From Clostridia bacterium (lineage in GTDB: Bacteria > Bacillota > Clostridia > Christensenellales > SZUA-584): 64,000 nt of DNA. Of the stretch, positions 38,558 through 46,568 are shown in pieces. The stretch covers positions 24,511 through 88,510 of the forward strand of contig JABGQS010000005.1 in the NCBI GenBank assembly GCA_018648645.1. The letters run 5' to 3'. The translations under genes and the position numbers were made by a program. A model generated the notes under the pieces. That model was not told where the DNA came from. It was given only the letters and a program-made list of their open reading frames with translations, and searched no databases. Every line of letters begins with the position of its first letter. Within the stretch, counting starts at the first letter, position 1.

Positions 38558-38771
38558 TGTACAGCTCATATCGAGCAGTTATACTGTTTATACATTTTTT
38601 AATATGCAAACGATAATCCAAATCTTTTCTATCGCCTTTTAATAGGCAAAACACCCCTATAATTCACCGAATCTAATTAATTTATGCATAAAACTTTATT
38701 TAATAATGAATAAATGGTATAGTGTTTACAAATAATAATGTAGGTCTATAATAAAATTAAGGAGCAGAAAA

Positions 38772-39215
38772 ATGGATGCTATTGATGCGGGGATACTCAG
38801 TATTTTGCAGCAAAACGCGAGGACATCGGTAAAGGACATTAGTGACAAGGTTTCGCTGTCTGCGCCGTCTGTAAAAGAGCGGATCAACAAGATGACAGAC
38901 TCAGGACTGATACGCGAATTCACAACCGTGCTCGAGCCCAAACAGCTTGGCAAAAATCTGACTGCGTTTATGTTTTTAACGCTAAAGCTCGCCAATGTCA
39001 ACGACAAGTTTTTGCACATGATCGAGAATGAACCGGACGTGTTGTCGTGCTACTACCTAACGGGTGACTTTGACTACATGATTCAAATCGTCACGACAGA
39101 CTCAAGTCAACTGGAAAAGGTCTTGTCCAAGATTAAAAGCACTCATGAGGTCGCAAGAACACGAACTGTTATCGCGCTGTCCACCAAGAAGGAAAAGCAT
39201 TCTGTCGCCCCTTAA
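38772..39215 (+). CDS. Lrp/AsnC family transcriptional regulator
   Basis: 147 aa with an N-terminal HTH 'ILSILQQNARTSVKDISDKVSLSAPSVKERINKM' and a RAM-like C-terminus. Confidence 0.85.
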   Translation: MDAIDAGILSILQQNARTSVKDISDKVSLSAPSVKERINKMTDSGLIREFTTVLEPKQLGKNLTAFMFLTLKLANVNDKFLHMIENEPDVLSCYYLTGDFDYMIQIVTTDSSQLEKVLSKIKSTHEVARTRTVIALSTKKEKHSVAP

Positions 39216-39238
39216 TAAGTTTTGTCAGGAGCAATATT

Positions 39239-40363
39239 ATGATTATTGGTGTACCTACAGAAATTAAGAACAACGAGAACAGGGTGTCATTGACTCCCGC
39301 GGGGACGCACAAGCTAAAGGAGTTCGGGCACGAGATACTGGTGCAAAAAGGAGCTGGGCTGGGCAGCGGGTTTGCGGACAGCGAATACGCGCAGCAGGGA
39401 GCGCTCATCGTGGATACAGCGAAAGAGGTATTCGACGGAGCAGAGCTTATCGTCAAAGTGAAAGAGCCGATTCCAGAAGAATACGATTTATTCAAAGTCG
39501 GGCAGAGCTTGTTCACTTACCTTCACCTAGCACCCAATGCACAATTAACCCAAATGTTAGTCGACAAAAAAATAACGGGCATAGCATACGAGACGCTGCA
39601 GCTTGCGGACGGGTCGCTGCCGCTGCTTATCCCCATGAGCGAAGTCGCGGGCAGAATGTCGATACAAGTAGCAGCGATGCTCCAGCAAAAATATTACGGC
39701 GGAAGAGGCATGCTGCTTGGCGGCATCCCGGGCGTTTTGCCGGCAGAGGTCGTCATCATAGGCGGTGGTATCGTTGGCAGCAACGCAGCGCAGATGGCAG
39801 TCGGAATGGGCGCTAATGTGACGGTTATCGACACAAACCAGCGGCGCCTGGCCGAGCTTGACGATTTGTACAGAGGTAGAATCAACACGCTTATGAGCAG
39901 CCCTTATGCAGTTGCACAGGCGGTGCAGAAAGCGGACGTGCTTATCGGTGCAGTGCTTGTCGCAGGTGCAAAAGCGCCAAAGACAGTCAGCGAAGACATG
40001 GTCAAAAGCATGAAGCGCGGCTCGGTCATCGTGGATGTCGCGATCGACCAAGGTGGCACAGTGGAGACCATTGACAGAGTGACCACGCACGACAACCCGG
40101 CGTACGAGAAACACGGAGTTATACACTACTCGGTCGCAAACATGCCCGGCGCAGTTGCGTATACATCTACGCAAGGGCTGACAGGCGTCACGCTTGCCTG
40201 GCTCGAGAAACTCGCCACGGAGGGTATAGAGAACGCCATTCGCGGCTCTGTCCCGCTGCAGCATGCGCTTAATACATATAAAGGCAACGTAACGTGCGAA
40301 CCGGTAGCATCCGCGCTGGGCTTTGAGTACAAAGCGTTCTCAAAAACAATATTAACTTCATGA
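39239..40363 (+). CDS. ald: Alanine dehydrogenase
   Basis: 374 aa with '[16 protein letters not shown]', '[13 protein letters not shown]' and '[11 protein letters not shown]'. Confidence 0.92.
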   Translation: MIIGVPTEIKNNENRVSLTPAGTHKLKEFGHEILVQKGAGLGSGFADSEYAQQGALIVDTAKEVFDGAELIVKVKEPIPEEYDLFKVGQSLFTYLHLAPNAQLTQMLVDKKITGIAYETLQLADGSLPLLIPMSEVAGRMSIQVAAMLQQKYYGGRGMLLGGIPGVLPAEVVIIGGGIVGSNAAQMAVGMGANVTVIDTNQRRLAELDDLYRGRINTLMSSPYAVAQAVQKADVLIGAVLVAGAKAPKTVSEDMVKSMKRGSVIVDVAIDQGGTVETIDRVTTHDNPAYEKHGVIHYSVANMPGAVAYTSTQGLTGVTLAWLEKLATEGIENAIRGSVPLQHALNTYKGNVTCEPVASALGFEYKAFSKTILTS

Positions 40364-40393
40364 GATTGTCTGTTTTTTCGGGCAGTCTCTTTT
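40362..40393 (+). terminator. Rho-independent terminator after ald
   Basis: gagattgtc/ggcagtctc stem (with G-U pairs) followed by TTTT. Confidence 0.5.
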
Positions 40394-40463
40394 CATTTTC
40401 TATATCTCCAATAGCAAATTTTATGTTATAATAACATTAAGTTTTGAAGGAAAGTGAGAGACT

Positions 40464-41624
40464 ATGGCTAAATTTATAATTGTGGTTATGGACAGCGTCG
40501 GAGTGGGCGAGCAGCCGGACGCTGCGGACTATGGCGATACCGGCTCAAACACGCTTGGTAACATCGTGAAGCAAAGCGGCGGCATCCACATGCCGAACCT
40601 GGCACGGCTTGGGCTAAGCGAGCTGGTCGATGGTATAAACAGCGACGAAATCGTCGGGGCTTACGGAAAAAGCGCAGAGATTTTCCCGGGTAAAGACACG
40701 ACCGGCGGACACTTCGAAATCGCGGGGTTGATACTGGAGCAGCCGTTTCCTGTGTTTAAGAAATTCCCTCGCAAATTCATTAAAGCGTTCGAGAAAGCAG
40801 TCGGCAGAAAAACAATCGCAAACTATGCTGCGTCGGGCACAGAGATCATCAAGGAGCTAGGCAAACAGCACGTGGACACGGGCGATTTGATAGTGTACAC
40901 TTCGGCGGACAGCGTGTTCCAAATTGCGATGCACGAGGGTGTGATCCCTATCGATGAGCAGTATCGCATTTGCGAGATAGCGCGTGCAATGTTGGTGGGT
41001 AAGCTGGCCGTGGGGCGAGTCATTTGCAGACCGTTTGTCGGTGAAGAGGGCGCATACACCCGCACCACCAATCGCAAAGACTATTCGTTCGAGCCACCGG
41101 GCGAAACGATATTGTCAGCGCTCAAAAGTAATGGACTTGAAGTAGCAGGTGTCGGCAAAATCGAGGATATTTTCGCAAACGTTGGGCTGACTAAAAGCAA
41201 CCACACAACCGACAACGACTCAAGCATAACCGCTACGATTGAATATATGAACGAAGATTTTGACGGGCTGGTGTTTACCAACCTTGTCGATTTTGATATG
41301 CTGTACGGACACAGAAACAATGTGGAGGGCTACAAAAATGCGCTCGAAGCGATGGATGCGCGCGTACCCGAGATTCTCGAAGCACTCGGCAAAGACGACA
41401 TAGTGCTGTTCACTGCCGACCACGGGTGCGACCCGACCACGCCAAGCACCGACCACTCGCGCGAGTACATACCAATTTTGGCGTACGGCAATGGAGTTGC
41501 GGGCAGCGTAAACATCGGGATTAGAGAATCGTTCGCAGACATCGCGGCAACCGTCGCAGACTTTTTCGAGTTAAACGACTGGAACGTTGGACAATCGCTT
41601 TTTGGCGATATAAAGAAAGGATAA
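40464..41624 (+). CDS. deoB: Phosphopentomutase
   Basis: 386 aa with 'VMDSVGVGE', 'GKDTTGGHFE', 'FTNLVDFDMLYGHRN' and 'TADHGCDPT'. Confidence 0.92.
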   Translation: MAKFIIVVMDSVGVGEQPDAADYGDTGSNTLGNIVKQSGGIHMPNLARLGLSELVDGINSDEIVGAYGKSAEIFPGKDTTGGHFEIAGLILEQPFPVFKKFPRKFIKAFEKAVGRKTIANYAASGTEIIKELGKQHVDTGDLIVYTSADSVFQIAMHEGVIPIDEQYRICEIARAMLVGKLAVGRVICRPFVGEEGAYTRTTNRKDYSFEPPGETILSALKSNGLEVAGVGKIEDIFANVGLTKSNHTTDNDSSITATIEYMNEDFDGLVFTNLVDFDMLYGHRNNVEGYKNALEAMDARVPEILEALGKDDIVLFTADHGCDPTTPSTDHSREYIPILAYGNGVAGSVNIGIRESFADIAATVADFFELNDWNVGQSLFGDIKKG

Positions 41625-41629
41625 CTATT

Positions 41630-42448
41630 ATGACAATGGACAGAATTAATCAGGTATACTCGTATTTGAACGAGAACGTGAAAACAAAACCGGACGTGTG
41701 TGTTGTTCTCGGCAGCGGTCTTGGGAGCTATGCCGACACAATCGAAGACGCGCAGGTCCTAGACTACAAAAACATACCCGGCTTTCCCGTCTCAACCGTT
41801 CCGGGGCACGCAGGACGCTTGGTGTTTGGCAAAAAGCACGGCGTCAACATCGCGTGCATGCAGGGCAGAGTGCACTGCTACGAAGGCTACAGCACTGCCG
41901 AAACGGTGATACCTCTGCGCGCGCTTATTAAGCTCGGCGTTAAGAAGCTGCTTATGACAAACGCTGCGGGCGGTGTCAATATGGACTTTAGCCCCGGCGA
42001 TATTATGCTGATTCGTGACCACATAAACTTCACATCGCTAACTCCGCTCGAAGGTCCCAACCTTGACGAGTTTGGACCAAGGTTTCCCGACATGTCGTAC
42101 GCTTACGATAAAGAGCTGATAGCAGCGCTGGACGCAGCTGCAAAAGACAACAACATTCCAGTGCAAAAAGGCGTTTACATGATGCTCAAAGGCCCTTCTT
42201 TCGAGACACCGTCAGAGATCAAAGCGGTCAGGATTCTCGGCGCAGACGCGGTCGGCATGTCCACCGTGCCGGAGATTTTGGCAGCGGCACACGCGGGCGT
42301 CAAATCGTGCGCGATGTCGTGCATCACCAACATGGCGGCGGGCATACTCGACCAGCCGTTGAATCACGAGGAAGTCATGGAAACGGGCGCAATCGCCGCG
42401 GACAACATCAAAACGATCATCGATGGATTTATACAAAGAGTAGGATAA
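41630..42448 (+). CDS. punA: Purine nucleoside phosphorylase (PNP family 1, trimeric type)
   Basis: 272 aa with 'LGSGLG', 'GHAGRLVFG', 'MQGRVHCYEGY' and 'GADAVGMSTVPE'. Confidence 0.9.
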   Translation: MTMDRINQVYSYLNENVKTKPDVCVVLGSGLGSYADTIEDAQVLDYKNIPGFPVSTVPGHAGRLVFGKKHGVNIACMQGRVHCYEGYSTAETVIPLRALIKLGVKKLLMTNAAGGVNMDFSPGDIMLIRDHINFTSLTPLEGPNLDEFGPRFPDMSYAYDKELIAALDAAAKDNNIPVQKGVYMMLKGPSFETPSEIKAVRILGADAVGMSTVPEILAAAHAGVKSCAMSCITNMAAGILDQPLNHEEVMETGAIAADNIKTIIDGFIQRVG

Positions 42449-42461
42449 GCAAAATAGTATT

Positions 42462-42485
42462 AAGCCCGAATTCTCGGGCTTTTTA
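42462..42485 (+). terminator. Rho-independent terminator after punA
   Basis: aagcccga/tcgggctt stem followed by TTTT. Confidence 0.75.
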
Positions 42486-42581
42486 TATATAAACATTAAA
42501 TATTTATTGATAAACAATAAATATAGTGTTATACTATCCCTGACGAGCGACTAAGAAAACTAGTATAACAGGAGTTTTGCG

Positions 42582-43463
42582 GTGAAGGAAAGAATCTCAT
42601 CGAAACGTAAAAGAACAAAACGAATCATAATCTTGAGCTTTATTCCGGCGATTTTGGTTGTGCTTGTAGTCAGCGCTTTCTGCATCGGTCTGACTACGCG
42701 TCATTACGATATAAGAACTGACAAGCTTAGTAAGGGACAGAGCGTGAGGATCGTGGTTATAGCTGACCTGCACAGCAATTACTACGGTGAAGAGCAGCAG
42801 GATTTGATTGCAATGATCAAAGAGCAAAAGCCGGACATCATAGCACTAGTTGGCGATATCATTGATGATAACCGAGCAGAAGACGGAGCTATCGATTTCT
42901 TTGAAGGCATTCAAAACCTTGCACCAACTTACTATGTTCTGGGGAACCATGAGGTCTGGATCGGGGAAACTAATCGCATCAAGGAAATGGTTGCAAGCTA
43001 TGGGATAAAGGTGTTGACAAACGAAAGCGATTATATAACGATTAACGATATTGAACTTTGTATCAGCGGAATAGACGATCCGGTTACAATTAGCAGTTTT
43101 AAGGAATCATGCAGCGAGGCATTGATAACAGACAGCAAGTTATTGTCAGGCTTTTTCAATCTTGATAAAGACGTTTATAACATATTACTTGCTCACAGAC
43201 CGGAGCGTTTCGAGTCGTATCAAAACTATGAATTTGACCTCGTACTTTGCGGACACACGCATGGTGGGCAGGTTAGAATTCCCGGCATACTCAATGGAGT
43301 AGTGGCACCCAACCAAGGTTACTTTCCAAAGTATGCAGGCGGCAGATACGAGGAAAACATGCAAACGATGATTGTCAGCAGAGGACTGGGAGTATATGAG
43401 CTAGTGCCAAGAGTATTCAATCCGCCGGAAGTCGTCGTGATTGATATTGTGAGAGAGGATTAG
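42582..43463 (+). CDS. Membrane-anchored metallophosphoesterase (YkuE-like), copy 1
   Basis: GTG start after aggag. N-terminal TM helix, then 'IADLHS', 'GDIIDD', 'GNHE' and 'GHTHGGQVRIPG'. Confidence 0.85.
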   Translation: MKERISSKRKRTKRIIILSFIPAILVVLVVSAFCIGLTTRHYDIRTDKLSKGQSVRIVVIADLHSNYYGEEQQDLIAMIKEQKPDIIALVGDIIDDNRAEDGAIDFFEGIQNLAPTYYVLGNHEVWIGETNRIKEMVASYGIKVLTNESDYITINDIELCISGIDDPVTISSFKESCSEALITDSKLLSGFFNLDKDVYNILLAHRPERFESYQNYEFDLVLCGHTHGGQVRIPGILNGVVAPNQGYFPKYAGGRYEENMQTMIVSRGLGVYELVPRVFNPPEVVVIDIVRED

Positions 43464-43513
43464 GATTTGACGTTAGAATAATTTGATGTATAGAATTCAG
43501 ACGAGAGGTTTTA

Positions 43514-44404
43514 ATGCGTAAAGACAGATTTGTAACCAAGCGAACAAGGAAAAAGAGACGCAGATTGATTATTTGGGGCTGCGTCGTTGCTGTGCTTGTG
43601 GGGTTGCTGATATGGATGTTCTACGGCGAGATCGTTGTGAAACACTACGTAGTAAACAGCGACAAAGTAAGCAACGGTAACAGCGTAAGAATCGTGGTAA
43701 TTGCCGATTTGCATAGCACATACTACGGCGAAAATCAGCAAGACATCATCGCGAAAATCAAGGAGCAGAACCCGGACATCATCGCACTTGTCGGGGACAT
43801 TGTGGACGACAACAGAAGCGAGAGCGGCGCAATCGAGTTTTTGGAAGGTATCCGCGGGATTTGCCCAACGTACTATGTGCTCGGCAACCACGAGGTGTGG
43901 TCGGGGCAGTGGGAACACATCAAAGAGATGGTCGCAAGCTACGGTATAATAGTGCTGACCAACGAGAGCGAAACCATCACAATCAATGGCATAGAGCTGT
44001 GCATAGGCGGTGTAGATGACCCGGAGGTTTTTGAATATTCGACCGACGAGCAAATCCGCGCGATGTCGTCCGATGAGGAGATGCTGGATGCGTTTGTAAG
44101 CCTTAACCACAACACGTACAACATATTGCTTGCCCATCGTCCCGAGCGTTTTGAGATGTACCAAAAGTACGGGTTCGACCTCGTTCTTTCGGGACACGCG
44201 CATGGCGGACAAGTTCGGATTCCCGGGCTCATTAACGGCATTATGGCTCCCGACCAAGGTCTTTTCCCAAAATATGCCGGCGGTAAGTATGTGGAGAACA
44301 GTCAAACGATGATTGTCAGCCGGGGGTTTGGCTTGGACGAGCGTATGCCAAGGCTGTTCAACCCGCCCGAAGTCGTCGTTGTAGATATTGTGGGTGAAGG
44401 GTAG
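43514..44404 (+). CDS. Membrane-anchored metallophosphoesterase (YkuE-like), copy 2
   Basis: 296 aa, colinear with copy 1 ('RIVVIADLHS.YYGE.QQD.IA.IKEQ.PDIIALVGDI.DDNR', 'GNHEVW', 'GHAHGGQVRIPG'). Confidence 0.85.
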   Translation: MRKDRFVTKRTRKKRRRLIIWGCVVAVLVGLLIWMFYGEIVVKHYVVNSDKVSNGNSVRIVVIADLHSTYYGENQQDIIAKIKEQNPDIIALVGDIVDDNRSESGAIEFLEGIRGICPTYYVLGNHEVWSGQWEHIKEMVASYGIIVLTNESETITINGIELCIGGVDDPEVFEYSTDEQIRAMSSDEEMLDAFVSLNHNTYNILLAHRPERFEMYQKYGFDLVLSGHAHGGQVRIPGLINGIMAPDQGLFPKYAGGKYVENSQTMIVSRGFGLDERMPRLFNPPEVVVVDIVGEG

Positions 44405-44410
44405 ATAAAC

Positions 44411-45451
44411 TTAATTGCTTTCCTTGACGGCGTGTTTCTTCCTGTAGGCAATCGCCGAAACGACCGTTATCAAAACTGCGATGACAACAATCGTGACAAG
44501 AACGATTGCGCCAACGAGATATATCTTATAGATGAAAATGATTATTCCAAAACCCGCGAAGGCAAGTTGAATCAGCGACAGTATTATTACAACGATCAAA
44601 TGGTTATTAAAACGCTTGTTCAGCACATGGTGCAAATGCATTTTGTCAGGCTGCATGATAGGTTTTTTAATCAGAATTCTTCGCAGTATAGACATACACA
44701 TGTCGGTAATCGGAACTAATAAGATATAAAGCGGAACAACAAGCGACAAGATGCTCGCCTCTTTTGATATGCTCATTATTGACAGCATTCCAAGTATAAA
44801 ACCGATGAACATGCTGCCTGCGTCGCCCATAAATATCATTGCCGGAGTTCTGTTGTAAGGAATGAAGCCGGCGATAGCTCCGCTTAGGGAAAGCGCGATT
44901 GGCAACGCAAAAACAGTCCTGCCCTGTAGCGCAAAAAGGATAGCAAAAGCTATGGTCGCGACCAGTGATAAATAACTCGAAAGTCCGTCGATTCCGTCCG
45001 AAAAATTAACTGCGTTTGTGACGCCGACGATCCATATTATAACGAAGGCACCAAAGAAAATTTCTGCAGTCAAAGTATTTACATGCGTGACTACGTAAAT
45101 CTGAAGGCTCCCGACGTACACGACTATGGCAAGAACAATCAGCACAATTAGTCGTTTTTTTGCGCCTACGGTCAAGACATCATCAATCAGCCCAATCAGC
45201 GCAACGCCGGAAAGACCGCCAATCATAACCAGCTTTACGATTACGCTGGTTGAAGTAGCAAAAAGCGAAATGGAAACGACAGTAGCGATTAGTATCGCAA
45301 CGCCGCCCAATAGCGGAGTTGGGATATTGTGGCTTTTTCGTTTGTCGGGCACATCTAATACGCTTCTTTTTTTCGCAATCACAATCATCAACGGAGTTAA
45401 GAACAACGAGAGCAAAAGTGGAACGAATATTGATAATAAATTGTTCAACAT
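44411..45451 (-). CDS. Glycosyltransferase family 4 polyprenyl-phosphate HexNAc-1-P transferase (WecA/TagO/MraY-like)
   Basis: Start MLNNLLSIF after ggtgag (ATG at 45451). Multi-pass membrane protein with 'GLIDD', 'NAVNFSDGIDGL' and 'IFMGDAGSMFIGF'. Confidence 0.85.
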   Translation of the reverse strand: MLNNLLSIFVPLLLSLFLTPLMIVIAKKRSVLDVPDKRKSHNIPTPLLGGVAILIATVVSISLFATSTSVIVKLVMIGGLSGVALIGLIDDVLTVGAKKRLIVLIVLAIVVYVGSLQIYVVTHVNTLTAEIFFGAFVIIWIVGVTNAVNFSDGIDGLSSYLSLVATIAFAILFALQGRTVFALPIALSLSGAIAGFIPYNRTPAMIFMGDAGSMFIGFILGMLSIMSISKEASILSLVVPLYILLVPITDMCMSILRRILIKKPIMQPDKMHLHHVLNKRFNNHLIVVIILSLIQLAFAGFGIIIFIYKIYLVGAIVLVTIVVIAVLITVVSAIAYRKKHAVKESN

Positions 45452-45698
45452 AATCTCACCTTTGGTCGACTTGTCAAAGCGCTTTTGCAAGAGGCATATT
45501 GCCACCTCATCTTATTTTAATACAAACCAAAGGAAATTGCTACAATTGACCAAAAACAAAGTGGACATTACAAAAAAATAACAGTAAACGCTCATTTGAA
45601 ATACTCCCTATCTTGTTTGCGCGTTTGCTCAGGGAAAAAGCAGCTGCATATTAAGGGTTGTGCAGAGTAAAATATTTTTTTCAAAGGTCGCACAAATC

Positions 45699-45727
45699 TT
45701 GACGCAACTCCGCCAATATGCTATATT
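45699..45727 (+). promoter_or_regulatory. Putative sigma-A promoter for tRNA-Leu
   Basis: TTGACG, 17-nt spacer, TATATT, ending about 19 nt before the tRNA 5' end. Confidence 0.5.
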
Positions 45728-45745
45728 AGTTAAGCTACTAAAAGC

Positions 45746-45832
45746 GCCGAAGTGGCGGAATTGGCAGACGCGCTGGATTCAAAATCCAGTATGGGCAACT
45801 ATGTGTGGGTTCAAGTCCCACCTTCGGTACCA
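45746..45832 (+). tRNA. tRNA-Leu (anticodon CAA), class II with long variable arm, CCA encoded
   Basis: Hand-folded. Acceptor gccgaag/cttcggt (G1-U72), D arm gcg/cgc, anticodon stem ctgga/tccag with loop ttCAAaa, T arm gtggg-ttcaagt-cccac, 3' ACCA. Confidence 0.9.
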
Positions 45833-45869
45833 AAACAAAAGACAGCCCTAGCGGCTGTCTTTTGTTTTG
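45821..45869 (+). repeat. 49-nt direct repeat, copy 1 (tRNA-Leu 3' end plus terminator), att-like
   Basis: 'ccttcggtaccaaaacaaaagacagccctagcggctgtcttttgttttg' is identical by eye to 48419-48467. Confidence 0.8.
45832..45869 (+). terminator. Long-stem terminator directly after tRNA-Leu
   Basis: aaaacaaaagacagcc/ggctgtcttttgtttt, a ~16-bp perfect stem with a T-rich 3' arm. Confidence 0.75.
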
Positions 45870-46150
45870 ATAATGAAATACGTAGGACTTGAACGGGTTT
45901 GAGCCGCCGCCAGAGGCGGATGAAGGCGAGAACCCCGGCGTGATAGCGAAGCAAAGCCTCGCGGAGCAAGTCCCGAACAACCTGACAGCCCTAGCGGCTG
46001 TCTTTTGTTTTGATAATGGAATACGTAGGACTTGAACGTGAGCCTGCCGCCGCACACTTCGTGTGTTTTATGTGGCGGATGAAGGCAGGCAAGGCGGCGT
46101 GATTGCAAGGCGCAGCCTCGTGGAGCAAGCCCCGCCTTTGGTACTAAAAA
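45870..46150 (+). repeat. Two tandem ~150-nt units, each ending in a decayed tRNA-Leu copy
   Basis: Both units start 'gataatgRaatacgtaggacttgaacg'. Both contain a GC hairpin (ccgcc...ggcgg), then 'gcggatgaaggc...ggcgtgatWgc.aag...agcctcgYggagcaagYcccg'. This parallels the tRNA from 'gtggcgga' through 'ggttcaagtccc' to 'ccttcggtac'. A partial terminator copy at 45984-46012 separates the units. Confidence 0.6.
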
Positions 46151-46151
46151 C

Positions 46152-46250
46152 TTGGAATCGAGTAATAGTACTCTTTTGCTTGTCGCTGTTGCTGGTGGTA
46201 CTGTTGCATTAATACTTATTCGCAAAAAGAAGAAAGAGAAAAAAGAATAA
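46152..46250 (+). pseudogene. Orphan C-terminal membrane-anchor fragment of a surface protein
   Basis: The frame ending at TAA 46248 reads ...LESSNSTLLLVAVAGGTVALILIRKKKKEKKE*. It has no start codon or upstream coding body. It resembles the C-terminus of the LRR protein (..KNSTWIIVLIASIVAAIAITLF..KNRKK). Confidence 0.35.
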
Positions 46251-46444
46251 AACAACACTATCCATCATACAAAGAAGCATAAATGTTATTTGCTCATGTT
46301 TCGCATCCAGCGCAGAGACATGAGCAGTTTGGAGTTAGGAGAATCGAATAAAGGTAATTTGTAGCAAAAAGGAATCAAAAATGTAGAATTTGCTTACAAC
46401 CTTCGTTTAAAAACGAAAGTTGTAAGCGCAATGATTGAATGCTG

Positions 46445-46478
46445 TTTCCTTTGTGTAGGTGTCAATCCTTCGGCACCA
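46445..46478 (+). repeat. 34-nt tRNA-3'-end-like direct repeat, left copy
   Basis: 'tttcctttgtgtaggtgtcaatccttcggcacca' versus 48397-48430 'tttcctttgtgtaggagtcaatccttcggtacca' (2 mismatches). Confidence 0.7.
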
Positions 46479-46568
46479 AAAAATGGGAACGAAACAGTAT
46501 TGCTACGAAAAATCATTTCCTGCACAGGCATGTTGCTTTTAGGAAGGTCAATATTATGATGTAATAAA

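Noticed and set aside
45870-46150. Possibility that the two repeat units are extra functional tRNA genes
   Set aside because: I could not build a cloverleaf. The T-stem and anticodon-stem positions do not pair (for example cgtgg/cccgc), and there is no 7-nt anticodon loop. I treat them as pseudo-tRNA or att debris.
45738-46258. Minus-strand ORFs of 105 and 136 aa across the tRNA-Leu region
   Set aside because: The translation '...VGLEPTHSCPYWILNPARLPIPPLRRF' is the classic antisense reading of a tRNA gene. The rest crosses terminator hairpins and decayed tRNA copies.
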